DNA of 64,000 nt. Source: Azolla caroliniana (lineage: Eukaryota; Plantae; Polypodiophyta). The stretch spans positions 5,456,001 to 5,520,000 of the forward strand of contig JBHGNT010000021.1 of NCBI GenBank assembly GCA_043228905.1. The letters run 5' to 3'. The notes under the pieces are model-generated. The model was not told where the DNA came from. It was given only the letters and a program-made list of their open reading frames with translations, and made no database searches. Position 1 is the stretch's first letter, and every line of letters begins with the position of its first letter. The translations under genes were made by a program, and so were the position numbers. This document shows positions 9,465-23,400 of the stretch, piece after piece.

Positions 9465-11246
9465 ATGGGATCCTCAGAGAAGAAGGAGAAGAGAGATTTG
9501 GAGGCATGGGAGGAGCCATGGGAGGAGCCTCTGAAGCATATTGGGTTCAGGATTACACGACTGGATTCTCTCTGTGTGCAGGGCCTTTTTGTTGTCAGCC
9601 ATAGCTCATGCCAGGTTTCATTCCTTTACTCTGCTCTGTTTTGCTCTGTTCTCTTTTCCCCTGTTTCTCATTCATTCTGTTATCTTAGAGTAAAGGCACT
9701 CCAATTTAACCTTACCTCTTTTTGTAAAGTTTTTAGAAAGAAAAAAATTTACGATAAATATACAGAGAAAAATACAGAGCTACTCTTTACGATCTATTGG
9801 ATAACTGGGAGTTTTGAAGTTTGTGAACTAAGCTATCCATCCATCAAATGGATTAGTCCTGATAGTGTTGATTTATTTCTGTTGCTCTCTTACACTTTGG
9901 GGACGATAGCTGTCTGCACAATTTTTGTGACACGTATGGTTGCCTGATGCAATGGAATGACCCACACCACTGTAAGCTTTGATACATGCTTTGTGGCTGT
10001 AGGAATTTTTGTCATAATGTGATCTTTGTCCTCATTTGAGTACATCCCAGATAGGTGGAATAACAGCCTTATTAGGATTCATAGTTCCCTCACTCGTAGG
10101 GACTAATTTTATACGATATTTGATGAACTTCACCCTCTTCACTCATGAATTTGGCTTCATGAAGCACGTTAATTTCGTCATGTGTGAATCAAAGACCTGC
10201 GAGGGTAACTTTGATGTTTTGTTATTGATCTCTTTTCCCAAACTGTTCTGTTTCTATTGAAATGCAATTCTTGTTTGTGTAATAATTTCTTTAGTGTAAG
10301 TTGATATTCCTGATGGTTGATAAGGTCATTACATGAGCCACTTAAGCTTGTATTGTGAAAACTAAATCTAGAAAGCCGAAACATTAGGACAAAAGTGTTG
10401 GCCACATAGTCTAAAACTGACAAACAGAACTGCTAAATATAATAGTATTGCCATATTTGAGGCTGAGCCCACAGGTCTAAGGTTACAAAGCAGTAACTAT
10501 CATGGATTGAACGAATGATGAGCAAAAGAAGGGAGTAGCTAATTCTTCATTACCACTACACCATTAATTTGTTTATAGTTCTTCTTTAATATGTTTGTAT
10601 TAGGGCAACATGCTTTCACAAGTCATATTCATTTAGTGGTTCACGATATGCTTGATGAATTATTTTTGTCATATACTAATGTTGTAGCCATTTGGAGTGC
10701 TACATGGAGGGGTTTCAGCAATGATTGCAGAATCTCTAGCAAGTGCTGGTGCTGTTGTTGCTTCAGGTTACAAGCGTGTTGCAGGAGTTCAATTGACTAT
10801 CAATCACTTGAAAGCAGCACCCATAGGAACGGAGATATTCGTATCAGCTAAGCCTGTTCATGCTGGCAAAAGAATGCACGTAATGCATGCTTTTTTTCAC
10901 TTTTCTTTTTCAAGTAGGTTAAAGGACACCAAAATACCCTTTCTCTAACATATTGGATATTCAAAATCTACTAGATTTACCCTCTCGTATTATAAACCTT
11001 TAAAGTCCTTTAAAATATCTATAGGTTCAAGGTAACTCTAGTAGATTTTGATCAGCTGCTTGAATTTTGCAGGTGTGGGATGTAACATTCTTAAAGTCTG
11101 ATGATAACTCTTCCCCATCAGTCTCAGAAGAAGTTTCTGAAGGTGGCATACTAATAGCAGTCTCAAGAGTTACTCTCATGGTTCATCTGTCAGATGAAGG
11201 TTTGGATATAAAATACCAAAACCAGTCAATCAAGTCTAAACTATAA
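9465..11246 (+). CDS. DHNAT: 1,4-dihydroxy-2-naphthoyl-CoA thioesterase (hotdog/PaaI fold), peroxisomal, 171 aa
   Basis: Exons 9465-9614, 10688-10879 and 11073-11246 with phase-0 GT-AG introns. Motif CQPFGVLHGGVSAMIAESLAS, then INHLK and GKRMHVW. C-terminal SKL* is a PTS1. Confidence 0.9.
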
Positions 11247-12486
11247 AAGTAGACTCACTAGATTTAGAGATGGAGAAATCAAATGCATGAAGTTCTTTAT
11301 CTCTCTAATCAACACAAAGAAAGGATGTAGCAAAAGGCTTTATTAGTGTGGAATGACGAGTCAATTCCAACGAGGAATTACTGCACTTTTTGATAATTCT
11401 TGGTTCTTTACAAAACATGTTGAAACTTCTTCAATTATTTCGTTGGCATAGATGGGACACCATTTCATTTGTAACTTCTTCATGTGAGGGGTTGTGTTTT
11501 TATACCCATGAGGATGTTTGTTTACATGTATCTAGACACTGTTATTGTACAGTCTGAAGATGCAATTGTTGTCTAGCGTTATATCCCATGCTGAAGCACC
11601 AGAATGCATTCTTGTCTAGCGCAATCACCAATAATTATGCTGGGATCAATTCAAAACCAGCTGTAAGAATGATATAACACGTGATTATCTTTGATTTTTC
11701 CACCAAATTCTCTTTTGATCAACTTTCACATATGTAAGTGAACTAAAATATGGATATAGTACATTCATTGGCCTTGGCAGCCCACCTATATTTCTTTACA
11801 TTATGGAGAAGCATGCTTAATATGTGACATACATGCCAACATGTATCTACGAGCACAATGTCTTTCACCACTGATCCTTGCTTTCAAACCTGCATGAAAC
11901 TCATTTGAATACAGTCACCATGACATGTGTTACTATATCAGAATAAAAGCTACTTTCTTTGTCTGCAACATTCTAAGGAATTCAAGGCTTTACAGTGCTG
12001 CACAAAGCCCCCATGCATTTAACATATCCACCAACCTAGATACAATGCATTTCATGACAAAAACTATCATTGGAATTTGGTAACAAAATTTCTTATACCT
12101 ATATCAAGACATTCCATTCGACATATGTTTAAATACAATGAAGCTTTGATATGATAAAGGCACTGTTATGCTTTCACTGTTCTCTCATGTGACATTTCAC
12201 ATAGCATTTTCAATCTTGACATAATATTTTCAAAAGCTCAATTATCCAGCTTGCCATAGACCAATTATGCTGAGCATATCAATATAATCTGCCTTACAGT
12301 GTTATGTCTGTACTTTCATAATATTACAGTTCATATCATTGCACATTAAAAATCATAATATTTTACATTAGAATCTGTTGTTGACATATCTTGCCATCCC
12401 TTTTCAGCATTCTTATGGCGTTCATGAAATATCTTTCTAGTGACACTTATATAGAATTGATACTTTTTTCATCTGTACCAATCACA

Positions 12487-14789
12487 CTACACATCTTGGC
12501 TTCTTCTAAGCATCATTTTCACTTTCATGGCCTCAATTGTTTCTGCATCTTCATGCATCCTTGCAGCAACATAAATGTTCGACATACAAGCATAAGCTGC
12601 ACCACTAAGAGGATCAAGCTGAATTGCCTGATCAAAAGCTAATCTTGCAAGCTTCACATTACCCCACTTTTGGCAAGCACCCAAAATGGCAATCCATATT
12701 GGATAATCAAAAGTCAGCATATCCTTCATTACAGACATTGCTTCATCAAAATATCCAGCACGGCCAAAAAGATCGACCAAACAAGTCTGATGCTCTATAA
12801 CTGGCAGAATGCCATATTTTTGGCTCATATCTATAAAATATGTTTGGCCTTCTTCTACTAATCCTGAATGACTACATGCACATAGAACACAAAGAAGAGT
12901 GACTACATCTGGAGAAAGCTTCTCATTTTGCATCTGATTGAAACAGTTAAGTGCTTCCTCGCTCTGGCCTTGCTGAGCATACCCCAATATCAATGCATTC
13001 CAAGCCGCTACATCTCTTACAAGAAGTTCATCAAAAACCCCTCGTGCTTTTCTTAATTCACCACATTTGGCATACATGCCCATCAATGAAGTTCCTAAAA
13101 CAGTATCTTCTTGCAGCAATCCCCTACTAACAATATCATTGTGAATTTGTATACCTTTATCAATAGCACCCGTGTTGCCACACGCCCTTAGAATGCAAAT
13201 AAATGTTACTGAATCTGGCGAAAGACCCTCATTTTGCATTTGTTCAAAACAACTCACAGCTTCCTGATCCATGCCTTTTTGGACATATCCACCAATAAGG
13301 GCAGACCAAGAGGCTACAGTTCTTATAGGAAGCTCCTCAAAGACTTCTTGCGCTTGTCCTAACTCACCACATTTTGCATACATTCCAATCAAAGCTGTGC
13401 CAAGAACAGAGTCTTTTACCAACAGTCCATTATTGACTATTTCTTTGTGAATTTGTTTCCCCTTGTCAAGTGCTCTTATGATGCCACATGCCTTCAATAT
13501 GCAAGTGAAAGTTATTGCATTGGGCGATAAACCATCATTTAGCATCCCCTCAAGACATTCTAATGCATCTTCACTTTTACCATGCTGCGAATATCCGGCA
13601 ATTAGTGCATTCCAGGAGGCTACATCCCGAATCAGAAGTTTATCAAGCACTTGCTTTGCTTGTGTGAAAGCACCACATTTGCCATACATGTCCACCAGAG
13701 AATTACCAAGCTCAATATGCTTTCCCAGCAAAGCCCTACTGACTATGTCTTCATGAATTTGTTTGCCCTTCTCAAGTGCTCCTATAGAGCCACATGCCTT
13801 CAAAATGCATGTAAAAGAGACAGCATTTGGAGAAAATCCATTCTTTTGCATCTCATCAAAACAATGCATTGCATTTTCACTCTTACCTTGTTGAGCATAA
13901 GCTGCAATCATGGAGTTCCATGAGATCACATCCTGAAAAGGAAGATCATCAAGCACTTCTTGCGCTTTTGTGAATGCACCACATTTGGCATACATGTCCA
14001 CAAGAGCATTCCCAAGGTTAATATGCTTATTTAGCAACCCTTTATTCACAATCTCTTCATGGATCTGTTTGCCTTTGTCAAATGCTTTTGCGATACCGCA
14101 AGCATTCAAGATGCAAGTAAAGGTGACAGAATCTGGAGAAATACCATCACTTTGCATGTGTTCAAAACAGTTCAATGCATCTTCAGCTTGTCCTTGTTGT
14201 GCATATCCAGCAATAAGTGCATTCCACGAGACCACATCTCGGTTCGGAATCTCAAAGAGTACTTCTCGAGCTCTCATAAGAGCTCCACATTTGGCATACA
14301 TACTAATTAAAGTGCTCCGAACATACCGATTCCGACCAAGCAATCCTGTTTTAAGCATATCGCCATGTAAACTAATACCTTTATGCAAATCTTTCTTCTT
14401 AGCACATGCCTTGAGTAAGGCTATTGAAGCAATACCCACTTCTCTATCATTCTTGACCTTTCTGACAACTTGTAGATTTGACGTAAAATCCCCTCTTTTC
14501 CTGAGCTCTTCAAACACCCAACAAGGGTTTTTCTGATCTTCAAACAGCAAAGACTCCTCTGTGATTCTATGTGTCTGCCAAAAGAAAAAATTGTCTCAAT
14601 GTATCTATGTATTTAGTGCTTAAAAGAAGGGAAACAAAGAAGGTCGATACAAACACTCACCATTGATGTAAGATTGTTACACCATTCCGAGGGCTCCTTG
14701 AAGTAATTTCTCCACAACTGATCTACTTTAAAAGACCGATGTGATGGGGTTATTGCCATATCCTCAAGCTTGAGCTTCCATCCAGACAT
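12487..14789 (-). CDS. PLS-class pentatricopeptide repeat protein with E domain, no DYW
   Basis: ORF 12487..14550 has P-L-S triplets (VVSWNALIAGY / VTFTCILNAC / LGNALVDMYAKCG), L2/S2 and an E region. Proposed in-frame 5' exon 14789-14661 with intron 14660-14575 (GTGAGT...GCAG); the 5' model is less certain. Confidence 0.88.
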
Positions 14790-15111
14790 TTATTGAATCA
14801 GTTGCAACAGAGCTTCAAACAACAGAGCCGAACCATGGATGTGTTACAACAACTTCTACAGAACCCAATGTGGGATATGGACTGTGTAGCTAATTCATTT
14901 TCCTACATGGGTCCAAAAAGGTTTGGCCTAGCCTTTAGAGTTGTTCATTCCATCGAGAGCCTTTACTCCTCGGAGCTACCCGATTGATTGCCGGGCATTG
15001 CGGATTACCTCGAGTTATATATATGCGTATATCCTATACAGTTCAGCCGTGCCCATATTGTGGACCATCCGGATTATATACATGAATATATGCATGTGGT
15101 TCGATGCCCAA

Positions 15112-15420
15112 GTTGTGGACGACCTAGATTACGTTCAATTTTGGTGTTGGTTGGCTAGTTCATTCAAATGTTGTTTGCTTGTGGATGACCCAGATTACGT
15201 TCGATTTTGGTGTTGGTTGGTTCATTCAAATGTTTGTCTGGTTGTGGATGACCCAGATTACGTTCGATTTTGGTGTTGGATGGTTCATTCAAATGTTTGT
15301 CTGGTTGTGGATGACCCAGATTACGTTCGATTTTGGTGTTGGATGGTTCATTCAAATGTTTTCTAGTTGTGGACGACCCAAATTACGTTCGATTTTGGTG
15401 TTGGTTGGTTCGTTCAATGT
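15112..15420. repeat. 63-bp minisatellite, ~5 copies
   Basis: Unit GTTGTGGATGACCCAGATTACGTTCGATTTTGGTGTTGG...; copies start at ~15112, 15178, 15241, 15304 and 15366. Confidence 0.92.
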
Positions 15421-16379
15421 TGTCTCACCATACCTAACGCAAACTTAGGATTTGATTAGAGATGCAAAGCCCTTGTCACAGTACGCTTCGATTGTACACT
15501 TCTATGGGTTGAAAAACCCCATTCTTGACTACCTTATAGTTGAAAGACCGGAACGTAGGTACTTATCTTGCTAGAACACTTTTCCCAAGTTGTGCATTGT
15601 TGCAACTTTGGTGAAAGCTTCACGATCACAAATCAGACAATGACATGCATTGCTTCTTATAGGAAATCCTAACACAATCGATGCCTTCATGTGAAACATC
15701 AAAAAGGTGAGAAGGACACGATGGGGAGACCTAAATTTTCATAGATTTGCTTTTGAATCTTTTGAGTACCATTAATTCCTTGTATGGAGGTTTCCCATTG
15801 GTAAGAAAAGTTTGTGTTATGTTGTTGGTTGGCTTTGAAGCAAAGACTTTTAGCTTTGCCTGTAACTTGACGACCAATCTTTTCTTCCGCCTTGGATAAC
15901 TATGAGATATCCTCATTTTGAACATTGTAAATATATAACAATGGTGGTCACGTCAAGTCATTGCTATGTTGCGTTGTACGTTTTGTCTGGAAAAACCCAA
16001 AGGACCAATTCCATTTATTTTGTTATGGTTGTCTTGCGATGAAAATGGTGTGGATAAGGAGAATAAATAAACCAACCATGTCAATAAATGTGTCAATTCT
16101 TGGACTCAATTCTTATACACATGCGCATTTGGTGGATTGCTAAGTGATAATATTAGAGTACCTAATTTAGAGGAGGCTAGCCAAGAATTTTTTGTTGCTT
16201 TGTGCTTGGTTTAGTTCTTGGGATTTTTTTATACAAGAACACACCCTCAAGAAATATGAGCAAGTAGGGCGAAGCTCGCAAAGAGTGCACATATAAGTAA
16301 GTGAGCATAATCTCAAATATATGATCATGAAGAGTTTGAACTGGATACACTAGATATGAAATACATTGTTAAAATATCA

Positions 16380-17310
16380 TCACCGCCATTTCACTTGAGG
16401 ATGGGAAGTGAAATTGATGTTATTAAATGCTATGATGATCCGAGTGTTGCTTTATGGATTGAAAGTGTGCGGTGGCAGTGAGCACTATCTCAGTAAGTAC
16501 ATGGAATGAAATAGAGAAAATCCAAAATTCGTTTGGATGCAAACAATTGGGGGTAAAATCTTCAGAATTCTACAATAACATATTATTAAAAACATATGCT
16601 CAGCCCATAGAGGTACTAGCCATACAAAGAGGAGACAAGTATATCACAAAAGTCAAGAATATGCTCAAACACAAATTGCCAAAAAAGGCTTGGAACATAT
16701 GATGCAAGGTACAAAAAACCAATAAAGGTAAAATTCCTCTCATCTAGCTAGGTGCTTGACATTATGAAATGGTCTAAATTACAGGGAGTATAATATCTTT
16801 TGGAACTCTCAATTGATGCTAAGAAGTATGTGGGTATTAAGGGTAAATCGATAGAGGCACTAAAAGTATGAAGTGGCCAATTGCTAAAATGTCAAAATTG
16901 TGATATTTCATTGGAAATGTTGGCTCCAATACGAGGTGAAAATGCCAGAATGTGTCCAACCACATCTTACTACCCCCATGAGCCTAGCACTTAGAGAGCC
17001 TTATCACTTCTCCGAACTCGCTCACACAAGTTAGGTGTTGAGATAGCATAATGGCATCATAACCCAAGTATGCAAATATACAAGGTATGCAATGAAAACC
17101 CACTAGAGGATAAATATCACTTACTACTCGCATGCTAAACATATAAGATAATTCATGAGAAGTATGATGACTTATTAGACAAACATGATAATTTAAGTGC
17201 CATACTCAAATCCCTACCAAGAAGGGTGAGCACATACGTGTGTGCATTGACTTTGCATAGAGAGTTTAAATCACAAAATATTAAGCCCCTTCTTAGGAAG
17301 AAGTCACTAG
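16380..17310 (+). mobile_element. Degenerate non-LTR retrotransposon 3' part (non-L1-type C-terminus)
   Basis: VLLYG...WNEIEKIQ and LRTRSHKLGVEI.*W...C...EDKYHLLLAC*TY with stops. A homologous inverted copy lies at 47660-48445. Confidence 0.7.
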
Positions 17311-18539
17311 AATAAATATGTTTGTTTGGTTCCATGGGTAAAAAATTGGCCTCATGGACCATAAAAGTTGTATTGCCTAACTCTCTAAACCCAAGTGGTT
17401 ATAGGAAGTTAGCGAACAAATTTTCCAAAGGACATGCAAATGGTAAGCTTTGGAGAAACCTAAAGGGAAATGTGTTGAAGTTTATGGTAGCTCAAGTCTT
17501 TTGTACTTGTCTACACCATGTAAGAAGCTATAATGCAATACAAAATGGGAAAGATTGTGTTTTATTGTTCTCTTTCATATATGTCTCACTGCTTTCCTAT
17601 GAAGGATATGAGGGTGTATTAAGAAATTGGTCACGACTCACTCATAAGCCATGATTGTTTAGGTTATTTGTCTTTATTCTACCTTTGTTGGATGGTGTGG
17701 GGAAAACACAAAATATAGATCGTATAGTTCACGTACACGTTCCATCCAAGTTGGATTGCCTGGCCCTTATAATGATCAACCCTTTCTATTATTTGGAGCT
17801 TTCATTATATTATTGTCTATTGCATATGTGTGCATATTTAGGATGATTCGTGTGGTATTGCTAATCAACACTAATGTTATATGGTACCAATCTGTTAACC
17901 AATTACTCCTATATTTGTTGTTATGCACTTGTGCCCTTTCCGCGTAGGATAGTCCTAACATATTATTCACAAGAATGGTGTGTACTTATTAGAAGAAATG
18001 CATAAATTCAATAAAAAAATGTGTAGTTTGTGAAGAGATCCATATAAAGTGGATTGTGATTGGTTGGTATATCACATATCTAGCTTTGAGCAGATAAGGC
18101 ATCGATAGTAACCTTGGGATTGTGTGTGTGCGCACGCACGTGCAATTATTGTAGAGTAAACATCATGATGTTGATGCAACATGCTTGAAAATAAGTGATT
18201 ACAATGACAAATAAAATAGTGAAACAAGTACATCCACTTCAAGCCATTTTTGCTACAATTTAGTGTTGCACTATCTAATGGAAAATCAGTGCTCCATAGC
18301 CCATTAATCCACATAATATACATTAGAATTCTTAGCGTAAACATAATTGTTAATTTTCAATAGTATTTTTAATCGGTATTGGGCAATTGATGTAGAGCTC
18401 GAGATACATTAGAATGAGTATGTGTGGATAACAAGAAGTATGCATGCAATTATCTCAACTACATGGATAAAATGGAAAATGTATGTTAGTTTTTGTATTT
18501 CATGGTTGTATAAGTCAAGTCAAAAAAGTAATGGTCATC

Positions 18540-20420
18540 TTAAGTTGGGATGTGTACACATTAGCACGTGAATTGGCATGTGACAATCATGAATGTTTCC
18601 TAAAACTTGCATCCAACTACAAAGGCCACATTTGTATATTTTATATCACCTTTACAATTTGAACAATACCCAAGAAAACAAGTTTAGTAATAGATCAAAT
18701 GAAAATTAACATTTACTTCTACATATTAATTCGCTTGAAAGATGAAGAGAAACCATGATTTAAACTTACTTAGAATGGGCAAAGAAAGGATGCCCCCGAA
18801 CAGTTTGATATTGTCACGAACGAATGTTGATTTATAATAAAAAAATGTGGTATTTTTAAGTTGGCATGTGTGACATATCAATGTTTGATTGCGAAGGTTC
18901 CCCCCTTTGTGTATAAGTTGGATGTACAAAAAATAGGACAAACAATTGGAAGTCGAAAAAATATTAGCATGTGAATCGGCATGCGAGGATTTGAACACTT
19001 CCCCAAATCGTTCATCTAACTACTAGTGGCAAACAAGGTCACGCTTGGAAATTTTCATCTTGTCAATACCATTTATTTGAACAAGGCCCAATAAAGTATT
19101 CCTCCCTTTACCACATGATCAACTAAAACTGAATAACTAGTTCTGCCAATGTAAGTGTCTAAATGGAGGACGTGCATTTCATGCTTACATGAAATGAGAA
19201 AAGAATGAATGTGTCCTAACTACTTGCCAATATTAGGGTAACATTTTGACATTGTGATGAATGAATGTGAGTTCTAAAAACAAAAAAAACACGATAGTTA
19301 TGTTGACATTACAACATGATCAAGTAAAAGCACGTTCTACCGATGAAGTGACTCAAAAGAGGAAGTGCATCCATGCTTCATACTACTTGCCAATATCATG
19401 GTAACAATTTGACACTCTTATGAATGAATGTGGTTCTAAAGAAACAACACAATACTTTGAAGTTGACATGTGTTACGTATTAGCATGTGAATTTCAAGGT
19501 TTCCTAGTTTTGTGTAAGTTGGGTTAACCAAAAATATGGTAATTGGAAGTGTGCTTGTATACATGTGAGCATGTGAATTTGCATGTGAAAATACTTTCCC
19601 AAACTTTTGATCCAACTACTAGTAGCAAACAAGGTCACATTTGTATCTTTTTCTTTGCCTATAACTTTCAAACAAGGCCAAATAAAGTATTCCAAGTTTA
19701 CTAACCGACAGAGTAAAAACATGTTGCTAGTTCTATCAATGAATTATTTTAGAAGCGGAAGTGCATACATTATTGAAACTTACTCACGTGAAGCAAAAAT
19801 GCATGCTCACTACGGATAACAAATTGACAATGTAACGAAGGTGAGGAAGTTGGCTCACTTAATTTATGCTTCAAATAGGCTATCGTAGGCCCCAAGATGG
19901 TGAGATAAAAATAAGTTGTCAGAAGTCCATAATAACTATGTTCACGATAGTTGGTTAAACGAAAAGTTAGCAAAAGTGGAATAAACAAGTTTTTGTTTGA
20001 AGTTGAGGGGGACAAAAATGTAAGGATTCACATTAAATTTCAAAAATCCAAGTACATTTCAAACTCGAGCCAAACACATCATAGCAAGCTAGAAACTTTC
20101 ACATTGGACCAACTAATGTGGGCTTTTGTAAGTGACATGCACATGTAGGGTGAATTGTGAGATGGAGAAACATCAAGGCATTAACAACTTGTGTCATGTT
20201 TCACTTAGTGAATCAACAACGAATGCGTCAACAATCACTATATCTCAAACTTGTGCCGAACACATCATAACAAGCTGAAAACTTTCACATTGCAGCAACG
20301 AATATGTGCTTTTATAAGTGATGAGCACATGTAGGATGAATTGTGGGATAGAGGAACATCAAAGCATTAACAAGATGTGTCGTGCTTCACTCAGTGGACC
20401 AATGACAACTACTTCAACAA
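18540..20420. repeat. Degenerate tandem-duplicated region
   Basis: Three diverged copies of CATGTGAAT..GCATG...ATCCAACTAC...AAGGTCAC at ~18565, 18965 and 19568. Further duplications at ~19220/19384 and ~20140/20325. Confidence 0.6.
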
Positions 20421-23400
20421 TCATGTTTGCATACGGAGATGGGGATGTGTGGACGAGTGCTTTGCAACAACAAAACAATGAGAGATCAAAAGCAATGAAG
20501 CAAGATCTATAAGCATATTCAAAATAGGTCGACGAAAAGGAACAACGTGCAAGGAATGTTATTAGGGCGAACATTATTCATGGCTTAGAGAATGTGATAT
20601 GAGAGAGAGATTATTCTTTGCACGATGATATCATGATTCATGCACCTTCTCGCTACACACTTTCTTTCTATCTCTAGACCCTACTATGCTCTTGACTTCT
20701 GTTGACTTTAAAGGTGGTTTCACATAGAAAAACACACCCACGTCCCTCTCTCTCTCTCTCCATTGTTTGGCGTCATTTCGGGATCATGTTATAATAAACA
20801 AAAAGAAACCATTGTTTTTATTTGTTTTTCGTAAGCCATTCAAAAATATCTCCCTTGGCTGAAAATGTGAAGACTTTTTTTAATACTTTATTTACTATTT
20901 TTTTGAAATAACCTCACATTCACATTTAACTAACTAGCCTCACTTGTGAACGTCGAGCTTTCCATATATTCAGAAAGACATGGATTCACCACTTGCAATG
21001 TTCCAACAACATGAATCACCCCTTTGTAAGCATTGCTCTTTTTTTATAAGCTCGTAATGCTATCGTCTGCAACCTTGGGTTGTGGAAAGTGAATATGTAA
21101 AAGCCAAATTTATTTTAGGAGAAAAGTGTTAGTTATTTGTTCATGCAATGATATCAAAGCCGTTTACTTGGGTTTCTGGAAAGCTAATCTATAAAGCCGT
21201 TTTTTAATGAGAAAAAAAATCACTTATTGGTTAGAGTAATGGCCTCAATGTCATTTTTGAGCCTTGAAATATGGTAAGTGAATTTGTAAATCCTTTTGTT
21301 TAGAAGAAAGTTAACTTTTAATGTAATGAACTCAAAAGTAAAAATAGTAATGATCTTAAAGTAAGAATATGCATAATTGTTTACTACAAGGGTAATGTTA
21401 TATATCCATTGATTGGGTTTGAGATTATCCACATTGCAAATATGAATGTATGTTCTTATATCAATCTTGGTATGTGTACAAACATGCTCTTCATTTTATG
21501 CTTTTGCATCTAACATTGTACAAAGCAACTCAATGTAGCCTGAAAGGCCATGTAACATATTTCCTGAGCCACTTCTAAAGGGGTAGATAGAGAAATGAAA
21601 AACGTCATGCAAACCATTTGGAAATGTACATACTTTAATTGAAATTGCCTTGCAATACATAGCAAGTGACACATCAGTTGTTTGATGTACAACAAGATAA
21701 ATTATTTAAAGTAGCATGGACATTGTGTGGTCTAATTTAAACTCCCAAGCAAATAAAGTGGCAAACGAAAGATCCCACGCGAGTTTATGCAATCTTAGTT
21801 CCAAAACCTCATAGGTCAAGAAAAGAAAAGTATATGCATGCAACAAGTTGTGCCTATAATTTATCAGAGTAACAATGTGTAATTGATACATATTGTGACA
21901 ATGTGTTTTTCAAGCTCAAGATCCAACAAAGCTCACAAGGTTCAAATTTAAGAATCAATATAGTTACCTTTGATTGTAGAGTTGGCTTGGATGAAATCAC
22001 AATATACATGAAGGTGACTAAGGATGAGATAAGGAAATGAATGATTATGAACCCAAATAATTGTGTGTGTGTCCATTGGTATGTGTGCATGACCTTAAGT
22101 TGAATTTTTACAGACCGTTACATGTTGTTTGATACTTAAATCCACATCCATGGTGTTACAAAGTACACATGTTACCACTACATCTTTAAAATTTGATAAC
22201 ATAATTATTACTGAAATTTGTCGATGACCATGAGAGTGTTTCTCTTTGAAGAGGGGCTGAATCGTGTCAGCTGATATTTTGTAAACCTTTTTTAATTGGT
22301 TGATCTCAATCATTGCTTGCTATATTGTTAATTTGTTATCAAGGTTCTTGTTTATTGCTATTGTTTTATATGGGCTTTTCATTTGTCCTAATCTATAGTT
22401 GTGCTAGTCCTTACTCATTTGGTCATGTTTGTCATTAATTGTATAATCTTTCCCTTAACTTTGAAGTGTGTGTTGTCTTTCCTTTACTACAAATACAGGC
22501 TAATCAATGGACTCTCCCTCCAACGTTCTATCATCAAACATGTATTTAGTTTTTTACACGTCGATGGTGAGTGGCAATAATTAGCAATATTGCATAGGTA
22601 TAACTTCACTCATTCTTAAAATCCTTGTCCATTATTATGTGAACACTACTTTTGCGATATCCGTATCACTTGTTTTCAAACAGGGAAATAAACAAGTTTG
22701 TATCAACCTTTCTTGGGAGATATGGTTGTTGTTTGTTTCTTTTTACAATATTATGGTGCACCACAATACATATTGTTGCACAAGAAAGAAGAAAAATGAC
22801 ATGTAAGACTGTGATTGAAAGAAACAAGCCCACTAAAATTGACACCAATGTAAGGCCGAATTTCAATTTGAAAAAGAAATTACCATCCTTTAGCATTAAG
22901 AGAGTTTTCTACTCTTAGCACTAGGGCAAAAATTCCTTGAAGTCATTTCAATTTCTAGAATCTAGATTGAGTTAGAGTGACTTCATGAACTATGCGTTGT
23001 AAGAGCTACACAATTTATCAAATTATGGAAACAAACTTGGGAAAAACACACTAGTCATTAACTTTTTGAAACAACAATAAGGTTGTGTGCCATAAACCTT
23101 ATTTGAACCACAACAAACCTTTGGTTGCATGCAAGATGGAGGAGGAGAAGGCGATGGAGATGAAGATGGAAGTGGGGACGGTCTGGACAATTGCAATCAA
23201 GAGATGTTTGAGTTCAACTTGTGATCTTTATCAAGTATTTGGGTTCTCCTTCAATTACCAAGTGTTTGTCATGTCTTCCACAACATTGGCAACATATTTA
23301 TCCTCGATTTTCTAATATGACATGTGAACATTGTGTGGTTGGGAATTTCTCACTACTAATATAATACATTGATGAGAAAAACAAAATATGTGGGTGTGTG

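Noticed and set aside
13463-14536. Plus-strand ORFs opposite the PPR gene (and minus-strand ORFs at 44055-45533)
   Set aside because: Antisense shadows of PPR coding sequence.
15112-15448. CRISPR-like array and repetitive ORFs
   Set aside because: Whole 63-bp units repeat with no spacers. The ORFs stay open only because 63 is a multiple of 3.
17310-18020. Possible further L1 3' relic; similar weak signals at ~6200-6700, ~27560-28100 and ~37500-38700
   Set aside because: Too degenerate to read diagnostic motifs reliably.
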